A DNA stretch of 63,274 bases, filler included, from Dirinaria sp. TL-2023a (GCA_051941275.1; 10 parts of 10 records of this genome joined end to end with filler, not necessarily neighbours in it); one strand, 5' to 3'. Shown: positions 35,201 to 47,193, counted from the first letter of the whole stretch. Numbers and translations: made by a program. Notes: generated by a model from the letters alone, not told the origin.

Positions 35201-37367
35201 CACTGTTGCTTGCTGATGGCGTCTGGACTTGCGTGGCGTCAGGCAACGATGATATGTCCTGTGGAGCCCGCTTCTCAGTTTCGGTGCTCTCCACATCGAC
35301 TTTCGGATCGCCTAAGCTCGATTCATCGACGTGTGCATCTTCCGGCTGGTATTCCGCCTTTGCAAAGAATCCTAGCAAACCTTCCTCGCCTGCTTCTGAC
35401 GCCTCGCTTTCTTCCCCTTCACCGGAATCATCCTCGCCTTCGTCGCTGTCGCCCATATCATCATCCATGTTGGTGCTTGCGTCACTGTCATCCATCAATG
35501 CATCGTCGATCTCATCCTCTAGACTAACGCTTGCGAGGTTTTCGGGTGCGTAAGCTGGAGGCGGTAGAGGTTGGGGTAGCTGCATTTGTGCTGAAGAAGC
35601 TTTCGCGTTCATTGAGCACCCACCCGGCTCCACATAGACAGATCTGTGTTCCTCGTCGTCATCCGACTTTGAAACTGATTTGCTCCTTCGATCTGGCACT
35701 CCAGCATACTTTTGGCGGAGCTCATCCACGGTCAATCCTTCATCGTCATCTGGAGCATTGACTATCGAGCCACCTTCACTGTCTGATTGGCTCGAACTCA
35801 TGAATTCGCTTTCAGCCTCGGATGCTTCGCTAGCGCTATGGTCGCTTTCTGATTGGGATGCGGCGCCTTCTCTTCGCTTGTGCAGCATTCTCGTGGATCT
35901 AGCTAGGACTTTATTCAGCTCTTGTCTGCCAAGGCGTTGCTGTTCTTCGTGCCATCGATCGCGGCGCCTAGCGTCCACCTCCAATGTCGCCTTCTCCCAT
36001 ACCAACCTAAGCGAGCCGCAAACCGTCCGTCTGTAGTATGTCTCACAAGCGTCCCTTAATTCATTTTCAACATCTTCCCTGGACTTCTGAGGACCTCGTC
36101 CAAACCGGAGTTCTCGCTCTTCCCATTTAGCGAGCGCAAGGTTTGCAAAGTGTTTCGCATTCCGCTTGTGCTTAGCGCGCTCTTGTCCCACCAATTTATG
36201 AAAATTGACGATCGCAGCGAGCATATAGTCTTGTCGGGCATACTGCTGAGGTGGCTCATCCTGCCGGTCCGGTATGTAGCGGGAGGATTGCCCTTCACTA
36301 AGTAGACCACCAGGCCGCCCAGCGTTTATTATGCGCCGTCTCAGCTCAGCTTCGCTCCTGGCGTCCTCGTCCGTTAGACGCAATACGTTATCACCAGTGA
36401 TCGACTGGCCTTGATTCATCCATTGCTCAAAGGATGCGAATCGGCGAGACGGAGGGATATTCTCGGGGTGTTGGACAGGAACTGAAGGAGGCCGGACTCT
36501 GAGATTTAAGCGTTGAGGTTTCTGGCGAGTATTTGGACTCAGGTCGGCCTCCTGCGCTTCGTCCTGTCCTGAGCCACCACTATCTTCATCGTCGTCTGTG
36601 TGCCATACATGAGTTGCCATAGGCAGTCTTTTGGCGTCAGGGGGTCGGATATCATTTGCTCGAGCTTTTCTCCTTGTTTGATGTGGATTTAGTGTGTTGG
36701 CAGATTGAGTGGCTGAGGTAGGCGCTGTCTTTTTTTTATGGGATCTTTTGGGTGGGACGGTAACAGCGGTTTGTTGCTTCGGTAACACTCCGTTTGAATG
36801 GGTTGATTTGCCAGGTAATTTGGCCACCGATGTCGACGGCGGGTGACTCGAAGCATGAGGGTCCTTGGCGGTGCCAGGGGATTTGGTGGGAGAAGGGTTT
36901 GATGATACGGATTTGTAGTTTGACGCGCCACCGTATTTGCTCTTTGCGACGGGTGGACCTTGAATCCTTGCCCGCGTCTGCCTTTTCTCGGCTTGAGGTT
37001 GCAACTCAAGCGGCACGAGATTGGTCCTCGAAGATTTTCTGCGGCCGTCTTCGACGAATGATGTCGGTCCTTCCACAGTGACCTTCTTCCACGGAGGTGA
37101 TATAGGTCTCGGGGTTGAGGATTGCCGCGTTGCACGGTCTGCGAGCTTCCGTCTCTTGGATGGGGGTCCATTGCTGTCATTCTCGCCATCTTGTCGCTCA
37201 ACCGGACTCCTCTGTGCTGGAATACCATTAGATAGGTTGGATTCGAATTTCTTCGCCGATTCAGCATCGGAGGTTGTGGGATTGGCGGGTTCGTCTGTGT
37301 GACCATTGTGAAGAGGGTGTTGGGTGTGTTCGGCGGGGTGGTGATTTGGACGCGGCTCGTCGTGCAT
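32247..37367 (-). CDS. SWR1: SWR1 chromatin-remodelling ATPase (H2A.Z deposition)
   Basis: 1706-aa ORF: HSA-like region, LRGTLREYQ, GILADEMGLGKTIQ, LDEAHNIKNFRSQRWQ, long insertion splitting the ATPase, IAFPDKRLLQYDCGKLQ, QCQDRSHRIGQTRDVHIYRL. Confidence 0.97.
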   Translation of the reverse strand: MHDEPRPNHHPAEHTQHPLHNGHTDEPANPTTSDAESAKKFESNLSNGIPAQRSPVERQDGENDSNGPPSKRRKLADRATRQSSTPRPISPPWKKVTVEGPTSFVEDGRRKSSRTNLVPLELQPQAEKRQTRARIQGPPVAKSKYGGASNYKSVSSNPSPTKSPGTAKDPHASSHPPSTSVAKLPGKSTHSNGVLPKQQTAVTVPPKRSHKKKTAPTSATQSANTLNPHQTRRKARANDIRPPDAKRLPMATHVWHTDDDEDSGGSGQDEAQEADLSPNTRQKPQRLNLRVRPPSVPVQHPENIPPSRRFASFEQWMNQGQSITGDNVLRLTDEDARSEAELRRRIINAGRPGGLLSEGQSSRYIPDRQDEPPQQYARQDYMLAAIVNFHKLVGQERAKHKRNAKHFANLALAKWEERELRFGRGPQKSREDVENELRDACETYYRRTVCGSLRLVWEKATLEVDARRRDRWHEEQQRLGRQELNKVLARSTRMLHKRREGAASQSESDHSASEASEAESEFMSSSQSDSEGGSIVNAPDDDEGLTVDELRQKYAGVPDRRSKSVSKSDDDEEHRSVYVEPGGCSMNAKASSAQMQLPQPLPPPAYAPENLASVSLEDEIDDALMDDSDASTNMDDDMGDSDEGEDDSGEGEESEASEAGEEGLLGFFAKAEYQPEDAHVDESSLGDPKVDVESTETEKRAPQDISSLPDATQVQTPSASNSEEPLLEFRKEALKDGFDLSTPLERPASAHQSTQLAEATSGDRRPSLKDLMNINTNLDNHRDSLPTTPVSNTALKTPVPSLLRGTLREYQHVGLDWLAKLYGDKTNGILADEMGLGKTIQTIALLAHLAVVHEAWGPHLIVVPTSVMLNWEMEFKKFLPGFKVLTYYGSIEERRRKREGWMNDDKWNVWITSYALVVQDNQIFRKRNWHYMVLDEAHNIKNFRSQRWQTLLNFKTRARLLLTGTPLQNNLTELWSLLFFLMPTDGSESGIGGFADLQQFSEWFRKPVEQILEHGKETMDEEGKAIVKQLHHTLRPYLLRRLKADVEKQMPGKYEHVVYCRLSKRQRELYQGFLNRAETKAIYASGNHLSMMNCIMQLRKVCCHPDLFETRQIVTSFAMRKSAVADYEIKELLVRRRLLKEEPSKLVDLGFINLLPGANEPLSALDTIQKQRLGALGAFRQLYAQQWGRINQNLQFDGTSVSGALANLENVAKRSRFEDLRHASYHTMLRSQRRPLYSQSLVSRLNLGLDTYPLPPPSLRKAELSERALAESSVLADMILTLPRRSEVVKTTVSKFACVTPKVVAPDILTLAVPPNIVTALRPSPQSSTTDPCHEARMRLSIAFPDKRLLQYDCGKLQRLDALLRKLQAGGHRALVFTQMTKVLDVLEQFLNIHGHRYLRLDGGTKIEQRQILTERFNNDERISVFILSTRSGGLGINLTGADSVIFYDSDWNPAMDKQCQDRSHRIGQTRDVHIYRLVSESTVEVNIMRRARQKTRLDEVVIQEGNFNTDHFQAAADDSAADAVDDGDIETDAALDRVLGGGRSIGKVFEQVEDKEDVQAAKIAEKEMIQTDAADFDEKADGSNRGLTPKTPGPQTPAGEKPPQLPATATTTASSAIENTVERTTTLDAATSGLAAETAGLGDSSGAVEDHQEEGEEETGHVDAFMLRHIDWELKDVPVEAPPDKSRSKKKKKKGEEHRVRRRLR

Positions 37368-37897
37368 TTGGAGTCAAAAGGAGTGCCGCAATCCCTTGAT
37401 CAGCGACCCCCGAAGAACTCGACCAAATCACGCTCAAATCGGTTGATTGTAGCATCTGCAGAGAGCTGGACCCACAAGCATCTGGCTGACGAAGTTTGAC
37501 AGAGTTATCGGATTCGTGGGGGGAATAAAATGGGAAAGAAGTTCAGAAGATGCTTAGTTGGTGAAGTAGGGGAACATCAGCCACCGGCACCCGAGAAAAA
37601 TAAAGTACTTTGGGCATTTTTGGGGCTACGACGGGGAATAATTCGACCTGGGAATTTCGGTTGTCTCGGCTGACTAATTCAGCCTCGTCATTGCCCCAAT
37701 ACGGGAGTCGTCGTACCTTAAGGCAGTAGTACCTTACTCGTAGCTACATACATAGTCCCACCTCAATATACCCCGGCAACCTACTTAATTAATGTACTTC
37801 TGCTTCAATTGATCTCTGACAGCGAAATTACCTGTGGCAGCTGATCACAGAGATCCCACTCGCATCTTTTTGTCGCGTTCTCCTTCTCGTTGGAACG

Positions 37898-38016
37898 ATG
37901 CTCTCTCGACGATTGGCAACAGTCGTCGTCCGTCCATCATCAAGTCACATCCTCCGCACCACCTCACGCACCTCCCCGCTTCGATCACAGATCCGATGCC
38001 TCAGCCAGGCCGACAT
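37898..38016 (+). CDS. N-terminus of a probable mitochondrial protein, truncated by the contig end
   Basis: MLSRRLATVVVRPSSSHILRTTSRTSPLRSQIRCLSQAD..: Arg/Ser/Thr-rich, acid-free presequence with an R-x-L-S cleavage-like site; divergent from SWR1. Not in the ORF track. Confidence 0.6.
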
Positions 38017-38116
38017 NNNNNNNNNNNNNNNNNNNNNNNNNNNNNNNNNNNNNNNNNNNNTTAATTAATTAANNNNNNNNNNNNNNNNNNNNNNNNNNNN
38101 NNNNNNNNNNNNNNNN
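38017..38116. other. Artificial contig spacer
   Basis: N44-TTAATTAATTAA-N44. Confidence 0.99.
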
Positions 38117-38969
38117 CCCCATGACCTCCCCTTCTATACCACCTATCAATTTCAAATTTCAAACCCCAAATTCCCCAAATCCAATCCACTCCATAAGAAT
38201 TCAGAACATCACATCAAATTTAAAAAAAAAAAAAAAAAAAAAGAGGTTCACATGTATAAATAAATAAGCTCCCATCATCTCTTTCTTGGACCTAACATAG
38301 GTACATCGTGTAATCACACCCTGATTTCGTTTCTTTACGCCGATTGCCGTCTTTCTTCAGCAGCCATCCCTTTTTGATCTGGAAACTTTGAATGGTACGC
38401 ATTAGCTACCTAAGGTACCCACACTGACAGCAGCAGTCAAAAAAAAAGTATTAGGAGTATATTGTAAATAAGAAGAAGGAAGGGTATATATATTGAGAGA
38501 GTCAGAGTGTGTGAAGGAAGGTGGAGCATGGGTTGGACTCTTTTTTCTTAAGAAGATATAGGTGTCTATTAATTTATTTCATCCATACCTTACTTCTTCT
38601 ATCTCGGCGATGGAAGAAAGAAGCATGATCGATGACGCTGGTACTTCCTCATAGAGATATCTATTGTGTTTAATTTAGGGGAAAGGAGAGGGGAGAAAGG
38701 GATTGTTTATTAGTATGATGCAAGTTCTTTCTCATCGTTTATTTATTTATTTGATGCTGTTTTGACTTATGTATGTAGCAAGGTAAGATTTTAGCTAGAT
38801 AGATACATTCGCGTGCTTGGCTTTTTCGTTTCGTGTAAACATTATGATGCTAAGGTGTTTAGATAAGCTGGGTTGGATTCCTGTATGCACACCTCGAGTA
38901 ACCGATAGCTGATGCTGTTGTTGTCTGTTGCTGTCCACAAAATAAAAACTTCTCCAGCTCCCACCTGCT

Positions 38970-40556
38970 CTAATGGATACTTTGGTGTCGTACATCGTAC
39001 CTTGACCCATACCCCTCCCTCAACTGGACATTAATCTTCCGCTCTGTAGTTGCGGGGATCATTTCATGCGTCAAGTCCCAGCCTGCGCGCCGGGATAATT
39101 CCGCTACTACGGTGTCGCAGTCGCCGAGGAGGTCGATGTCGAAATCGACGTGGTGACAGGGCTGGATTTGTTTTCCGGTCATGGTTAGCAGATTGTTATT
39201 GAAACGGGGAAAGGAGATGGGGGAGGATGGAGGGGGGACTAACTTCTCGAGAGATGTAGATCTGCGGTGTTTCCGCCGGGACAAAATTGATGACTTCGGA
39301 TACAGGCGCCACCTTCAGCGAGGTTCCGATCACGAGCACAAGATCGACGAGGTCTTTGTCATGGTCCACAAGCCGCTTGCCGAATTCATCTGGCAGGTCT
39401 TCGCCGAAGAAAGTTATGTCCGGCTTCATCACGCCCGCGACTGCGATGTCGTAGTCCTCTTCCTCCTCGTCCGTGCTGTCTTCGTAGTCTTCCCGCTTTC
39501 TCTTGCTCTTCTTGAAGCCGGCGAAACTCCGTTTTCGCTTGACCCCGCCCGGCATGCTCTGGCGTATGTGCCGGATGCAGCGGTCGCACCGTGCGACTCG
39601 CCCGGCTTTGAGATCGGGGTATATTTCGTGGCCGGGGACTTTGTAACTACATTCGACGCAGGACGCTGTTGCGAATGAGCCGTGGCATTGGATCAGCTTC
39701 TCCGGGACGATGCCCGCGTGACCTTCGAGGTTGTCGATGTTCTGGGTGAAATTCGTCAATAGTTTGCCTTTGTCCTGGAGAAGCCGTATGAATGCATGGG
39801 TGGGCGAGAATTTATTGGTGGAAGGGAGGATATCTTTCGCAACGGAGTAAAAGATCGAGGGGTCTTCGCGGAATAGGCTGATGTCGAAGACTTCTTGAGG
39901 ATCGCTCAGACCGAGGTGCGACAGCTGAGAGTAGAGCCCGGTGTCTTTCGATCGGAAGTCTGGGATGCCTAGGCTGGTGGAGATACCGGCACCCGTTAGT
40001 ACGATGATATTCTTTGAGTTCTTGATCAGGGAGACGGCGTCATCGATCGTGTTGTATTGCGGGAGCTTGACACGCTTCTGAAGCTCACGACAAATGCCCA
40101 GTCCCAGGAGCGGAAGGTAAGCGTCGTCTGGCTCTCCATCAAGGAATTGCGGAAACCGAATGCCGAACGCGGTGCATAGCTTTCGAGCAGTGATTCTGCC
40201 AGCTTCGTAAGTCTCTTGGAGGAATTTCTCTTGTCCGACTAAGCGCAGTTGCTTCCGGAAGGCGAGAGCTTCTTCGGGAGTGCATACATCCATTACTACA
40301 GGATGCTTTAGCTTATGAAGTCCTGAGTAGAAGGCGGCTCATAAAACCCACAGTTGTCTGGCGTATCACCCTCCAGCATGCCTTCCAGCGCATCCTCGTA
40401 CATGGACCATTGATCCTCAGCACTATCTTCATCTGAGGATGGTTCTTCTGGCTTCAGCTCCTCGGACGACTCGATATCGGAGAGCAGATCTACGATTTCG
40501 ACCGCCGGCGCTTTGAGCGGAGAGGAAGCGCTCAACGGTATGTCAGCAGTCGCCAT
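38970..40556 (-). CDS. SIR2: NAD-dependent deacetylase Sir2/Hst1 (class I sirtuin); introns 40296-40351 and 39162-39243
   Basis: [29 protein letters not shown], CxxC..Cxx[25 protein letters not shown]. Confidence 0.95.
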
Positions 40557-40873
40557 GATTGATGCTGAACATTATTATTTGACGCGTTCATGAAACTGGA
40601 GGTCGTGATCTTTCACGACCGAAGAAATTGCGCCACTGGGGTTAGTGTGTCCTCTCCGTACTCAACTCCTTCCCTCCTGTGTCCTCTCCGTACTCTTATC
40701 CTTCCCTCCTTCCCTCCTTCCCCCACTCTCGAGCCACTCTAAGCCACCGTGAAGAACCACGCGGCTTCTTCGTCCATGAATAAAATCCAGTGAATGCGTT
40801 GTTGGCGCACTGACAATGGGCCCACAACCTCTCCGAGAGGTGGAAAGCATGTTCTCCAGGACGACTGTTAAGT

Positions 40874-43800
40874 ATGTCAAGTGGGAACCGACCCGCCGAC
40901 TTCCGCATCCAATTCCAAGAACCAAACCCTCAGGCTTCGGATGACGTCGAGGCTGTTGCCAGTCACGATTGGCAAAATGATGACCACAAATCCTCGAAGC
41001 GCAAATATTCACGTCTGAGGAAAAAACCTTCCAAATTATCCGTGAGCAAGGGTTCAAGCTCCGAAAAGCCTCCCACCACCCCGAGAGGTAGTATCTATCT
41101 TGGATCCTATGGCAAAGCTGCAGAAAACCCGCGATACTCTTTGCCTGGATCTCTTGATGGCAGAAGCCTGTATGGCTCCGCAGCACCTTCTCCTAGAGCG
41201 AGTGCCAGCCATCTGCAGCTTCAGCACCTTCTGCAGGCGGTGGATGCCCAATTTGACACATATGGCTTGTCAGAATCACGAGATGGCTTCTTTGATGCAT
41301 CTTTCTATCGTCCATTCAAAAGCGACTTCCATCGTGGTAGAGCGAAGGACTCGTTGCCTCCCGCATTTCGCAGGCATCATCCTCTCTCGCTGCGTTATTT
41401 TCTGCCGCAGCAATGGCACGAGTTCAAGGGTTTTGTTCTGAGCCTCCGTAAATATAGCTCCGGTTTGAAGCTCCTCAAAACGTTTCTTGGCTTCTTTGTC
41501 GCTTACATTATATGTCTTGTTCCGGCGTCTAGAGACTGGCTCGGCCGCTATAATTATATCATGGTCGTATCTGCGATGCTCAATCACCCCGGACGGTCTG
41601 TGGGGTCACAAATCGATGGGCTCTTCTCAACAACACTGGGTACTGTCGCCGGTCTGGGTTGGGGTTCATTAGCGCTCTACGTTTCTACATCCACAGCACC
41701 AGCCCGAGCGGGCTATGGCGGCGTGTTGGCTACTTTCCTAATCCTGTTCACTGCCGCCATCGCTTGGTTGCGTTGTCTTTTCATGCGTTTCTTCCAAGCT
41801 GTCCTGTGCGCCGGCATCGCCATTTGCTATACATGCCTTGCAGATACCTCCGAAGCTGTCGGCTGGCGTAAATTATTCGACTATGGTATCCCATGGGTAC
41901 TCGGTCAACTTCTATGTCTATTAATCGCCGCTTTTGTCTTCCCCGATACGGGATCTAGGCCACTTGCGTAAGACGCTCCACATTGCATGTACGCCTTTAT
42001 AGCTGATCTCCTGCCAGTCTCGCTTTTCATGAATCTCTTGGCATCATCAGAAGGGGCCTTGACCTGCCTCATCGAGAAGACCCTCTGCTTAGGCGTGATC
42101 TCGCTTGGGCTTTTGTGAAGCTCTCAAGCGCAGTTCGTGACTTTACCATTGACCTATCGGTTTCTCGGTATCGTCCGGATGATGTTCGGTCTGTACGAAA
42201 TATTATACAGGGTGTGATCCGCGCCATCCTGTCAATCAGACCTGATGCAACATTATTCGACTATGCCACTGATAAAACCGTCAACTTACGGACCGAATCC
42301 GGAGTTTTGCCTGATGATGCAGGAGTTCCGGACGAAAATCGAGCTGCGCTAGAGCGGATCTCTTATATCCTAGCGCCTCCTACTCGCAGCGTTATTGACG
42401 CTATGCTAGACTGCGTCAACCATGTTGAGAACACCTTGCTTCGCCTTGGCGATGTCAAGAAATTCAGAAGCGGTCCTCACGATGAAAAGGCGCTTTGGCA
42501 GGCCGACGACCGCTTGCGGGTTGCGATAGATGCTTTCGATAAAGCTGATGCTCAACTGATTGATAATCAGGAGCTGTCATCTGCGTACGCAAGCCAAGAG
42601 GAGATAGTCGGTAATTTCCTGTTTGTCCATCCGCTACGCCAAACTGCCGATAAGGTACGAGCACTGGTGGAGAAGGTCCTCCGTATGCAGCAGGAAAGCA
42701 GTGCTTGGAAAGTTTGGCTTCCATCGTACCCGTTTCTTAAGTCGCTCAATAGAGTGAACGCCCAAGTTCGTCATGACCGAGGAGGCCTGACCGCAGGATT
42801 TTACTTTCGCAACAAGCAACAACTGGAGAGAATAATGGAAGATCTGCAGTATACATCATACATCCCAAGGGCTCGTTCGAAAGGGACCGGTGACACTGAG
42901 GATTCGCAAACACCGACCTCAAAGAGAAGTGACGCGGGACAGCCAGTCTCTATCGGAGATGATGACGAAGGCTCTTATAGGTTTCACTTGTGGCAATTTC
43001 TTCACAGGCTACAAGACTTTGAATCGCGGTTCGCTTTCAAAGTTGCACTTAGTACCACTATGATCTCTATTCCAGCTTGGCTACAGCAAAGTCGCGGATG
43101 GTGGAACGACTACGAGAGCTGGTGGGCCGTTGTAACAATCTGGGTGATGATGCACCCTCGAGTCGGAGGCACGTTCCAAGATCTCTGGGTGCGCAGTGCT
43201 TATGCTGCGCTCGGCGCCGTCTGGGCCGGCCTCGGATACGCTGCTGGCAAAGGAAATCCTTACGTCCTGGCGGTTTTTGCTGCATTGTACATGATACCAA
43301 CATTGCACCGATTCACGCAAAGTTCCCACCCTCGCTCTGGGTTAGTTGGATGCCTCAGCTTTACTGTCATTTCACTAGCAGCATACACCAACCACGCCGA
43401 ACCCTCCATTGTCAAGTTCGCCTGGACGCGTGGTCTAGCCTTCGTGGTAGGCGTAGTGGTCGCTCTTCTCGTGAATTGGATCCTCTGGCCCTTCGTCGCG
43501 CGGCACGAGCTCCGCAAATGTCTCGCGGGCATGATGCTGCACTCGGCAATCCTCTACCGCGGCGTCGTCGCCAAATACATCTACTACGACCAAAACTCCG
43601 CCCCGACGGCCGACGACGTCGCTCACTCGGAAATGCTCGAAGGCCGGCTCCGCGAGGGGTTCGTCCGCATCCACCAGCTGCTGGAACTGACGCGGCATGA
43701 GATCCGGCTTCGCGCCCCGTTCGACCCAGTGCCCTACAGCGCCCTCATCGATGCCTGCGAGCGCTTCTTCGAACACCTCGTCCAGGTCCGCCAGTCCAGC

Positions 43801-44199
43801 CTGTATTTCCAGCCCTTCATGCACGCCCGCGGCGAAGCCGCCACCAACGCCCTGTTCCAGCCGCGACGCGACGCCGTCGCCGTCATCCTCCTCAATCTCT
43901 ACACCCTCTCCGTCGCGTTGCGCTCTGGTCGCCCGGTCCCGCGGTATTTACCTTCTGCGGCGGCGGCGCGACAGCGCTTGCTGAACCGGATGGATGAGGT
44001 TGAAGCCGAGTTAAAGGAGGCGGAGCGGGAGGGGAGGGTGGAGAAGGTGGAGGGCAAAGGCCGGCGCTGGGCGGACGTGTATCAGTTTGCGTTTTCGTCC
44101 GCGTTGACGGACATTGTGGCGGAAATGCGCTGCTTGCAACACTTTACGAAGGAGATTTGTGGGGAGGTCGGGTTTGAGAGTATTGATGAAGTGGAATAA
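40874..44199 (+). CDS. ArAE/FUSC-family multi-pass membrane protein (Bre4/YGL140C-like); intron 41968-42017
   Basis: Two TM bundles (NHPGRSVGSQ...; WWAVVTIW.MMHPRVGG...VNWILWPFVARHELRK) each followed by a helical domain, with EIRLRAPF near the end. Confidence 0.8.
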
Positions 44200-44341
44200 A
44201 AATTTTTTCTTTTCCTTTTTAGATATTACTAGAAAGGAGGGATGTTTAGGTCTTCGCCATACATAATCTTGCTGTTACGAATCATGATTGGACATTTTGG
44301 GGTCTTACTTTTTCTTCTTTGAGGGGTGGACATATGAAGAG

Positions 44342-44441
44342 NNNNNNNNNNNNNNNNNNNNNNNNNNNNNNNNNNNNNNNNNNNNTTAATTAATTAANNN
44401 NNNNNNNNNNNNNNNNNNNNNNNNNNNNNNNNNNNNNNNNN
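44342..44441. other. Artificial contig spacer
   Basis: N44-TTAATTAATTAA-N44. Confidence 0.99.
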
Positions 44442-46484
44442 ACTGGGAGTGTGGTGGTGGTGCTCGGGTATCGAGTGGAGGGGGCTGGGTTGGTGTTGGA
44501 GATAGTGCTGGGGATGTGATGGGGATTGGTGAACTTGGCTTCGGCGTTTGAGAGCGCGAAGGCGGTGCCGTGGTTTCTTGCAGAGACGTTTGAAACGGCG
44601 CTGTAGGTATATTTGAAAAGAGGGCAGGTGGCGTTGCTGATGCTTGCGTGGACGCATCGGCTTGTGTTGTTGCTTGATCCTGGATTGAAGAAGGTGGGAA
44701 GTACTGCACATTGACAGGAGATGGGTGTGACGACTGTCGTCGTGGCTCTGTAGCCGATCCAGGTGCCGATTGTTTCGGAGTCAGACTTTGTGCTCCCTGT
44801 TCGGCGGATTGAAGAATGGAGGGTGGAGGCGACAGAGATTGGATATGCGTTGGAAATGCGTACGAAGGCTGTGGTGGTTCTGTGGCCGAGCTGGGCGTTC
44901 GTGGTCGAGGGGTCAAACTCGGTGCTCCATATTCGATGAGCGCACGGGTAGCTGGATTAGTGGCTGCATGTGAGCCTTGAGCCTGTGTCAAAGGAGCAAT
45001 GACCGAAGCTCGAGGCGTGGTCGACCCAGAACTGTGATCAACGGAAAGTCGCGATTCTAGAGTACCTGCATCAGACGCTGTTGGAGACAACACATATGCC
45101 TCTCTACTGATCCAGCTATTGTTCGGATATCGGCGTCCTCGACTATTCTGGCTCTCGGTTAGAATTTGGATCTGCAAGGCTGTTATGATACGGCGGTATT
45201 CGTCGAGCTGCTGGCTCGTGTATTCAGCCAGATCAGGGATCGTCCATTGATCGTAGAGTTGACCGTGAGTCTTTGTGTGAAAGAATACGTTATGTTCACG
45301 TATAAACCGATCGCAGAGAAAGCAAGCTGCTTTGCTGACACCGATGACGCGAGGCTTGAACGTCTCGGTGGCTGCGTGGGTATCATAGTATATGAGAAGC
45401 TGAATCTCAGCATGAACATAACACTCAACATAGGGTTTCCATGAGGCATTCGCAGATGGCGAGAAGACAGTAGATTTGACTGGCAAGTAGGACTGGATAC
45501 ATTCCAATACCATTTGTTCGAACAGGGCTCTGTGCTTACGTGTATATGCTGGGAGATCATGACATAAACCCCAGTATCGGCCGATTTTGTCGATCTGCAT
45601 GATAGTCCTGTTTTGAAAGATCTCATCGACATTGAACCCGTACGCTTTAATGGTATCCTCCATATTGCTATAACGGCCATTCATTGTCGAGATTTCATAG
45701 CTTTTTTGTATCGCGACGACGAGAAGCGCATCTTTGGCTTCCTCATCGGTGCAATCGTCAATAGCCTTGTAAGCAGCGCATAGATCGTCCAACCATGCCC
45801 AGATTTTTTCCATGTTTCCATTCCGAGCCGCTCGAGATCGATTTGCCGGTTTCAATATGGAAATTAGCTTTCCCAGGCTCTCGTACAAAGGCTCTCTGGA
45901 TCCCCCATGGAAGAACGATGGTCTTTCCCAGTACTTTGACTGAAGTCGAGCATGAATACGGCCTTCGCATAACCTTTTCACAGTTGCGAAAATACTCTCG
46001 CTACATCGGTTCCGAGAGAGCCCTGTGCTGAATATGAAAAAGTCATGGAGCGAAACATGAGGTAAAACCCACGTCTGCTGGCGCATTTCTCAAGTAAATC
46101 GAATACCTTTCTCAATTCGTCGGCAACATCCTGAGGCATGGTGTCGTTGACAGCGATGCGGACAACAAGACCCGAATGGTTGGTGAACTCTTCAATGCCT
46201 ACCGCTGAGACGAGCTTAACGCCTTCTGTTGCAGCTGCAATGAACGCGATGTCATCTGCCAAGCGTTGCTCGATGGCTAAATCAAGCTTCCTGCTCCCAT
46301 TGCATTGCCTGGGATGGTCTCGCTCCCATTCTCGCAGAGAATGAACGCTTGGAAGGGCGGGTACTCCATTGGACTTCCGTTTAAGTGCGACAACATGACG
46401 TCTGAATTCATCCTCGCCGACTCTGCGCCAAATGGAGTGCTTTCGCGAGGCGGTCTTGGTACATAAGCGTTCTTTCCCTAGCAT
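44442..46484 (-). CDS. OTT_1508-like nucleic-acid/nucleotide deaminase domain protein with P/S/T-rich tail, 3'-truncated; intron 46023-46072
   Basis: YVHAEIQLL...VIGVSKAACFLC...THGQLYDQWTIPD (HAE plus SK..CxxC Zn site); exon 1 EQRLADDIAFIAA..EG...VSAV joins in frame via C|GT..CAG|GG. Confidence 0.85.
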
Positions 46485-47193
46485 AGAGATGTTAGGCAAT
46501 GAGCGTTCGGGGTTGTGTCCCGGAGAGGGGAAAAAAAGGAAATTGCAGTTCAGTCGGACAGACTACATTGATGTCCTTGTAGGCGAGGGTGCACATTCAA
46601 AAACTCGATGAGATAGCATCACTAGAAGAATAGCAGAATCGACTCTATGACTAACAAATCGAAAATATGATGGTGTGTAGCACAACATCATCAAGGCAGC
46701 GAATAGAGAGACTCTACATGCAAGGAAAACGGAAGGGCACGGAGTTGATCAATGACATCCTAAGTAGCTTTCCTGCTGAGGGGCACCATGCATGAATCCT
46801 CGAGGTGATTAAGGTAGCCGTCTCAACTTACCTGATGGCGGGTCTCAATACGACCAAGAAGGAGCCACGAGCGTGGAAGACTGCCTTATGAGCGTACTAC
46901 GAATGTATTCAAGCATAGTGAATCCAGAATTTGAGCCCTCGAGAAGCCCTCGGAACTGTAGTGGTCATATGATAATAGGACGACGAGTCCTTTTTATAAG
47001 CCGTGTCCTTTCATTAATGGAGATAAAGAAATTCGCCCCCCACGTTCTGCCCCTCGCTACTTTATCCATCTGCGGACTACGAGACTAGATCATGCACTAA
47101 TAACCTCCGATTCTCAACATTTTCTGCCTCGGATTGCCCATACTTACCTTGCCCCGTGGAAACTATTGCGCCTCCAACACCTCGACCACAATC

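Noticed and set aside
1138..40556. Apparent cluster of chromatin and developmental regulators (set9, rpb9, velB, swr1, sir2)
   Set aside because: Apart from set9 and rpb9 they lie on different contigs joined by artificial spacers; adjacency reflects length sorting.
17185..46484. Functional link between the deaminase and the TAG-interrupted SDR as an editor/target pair
   Set aside because: Different contigs, no evidence of linkage, and known fungal mRNA A-to-I editing is attributed to the Tad2/Tad3 complex.
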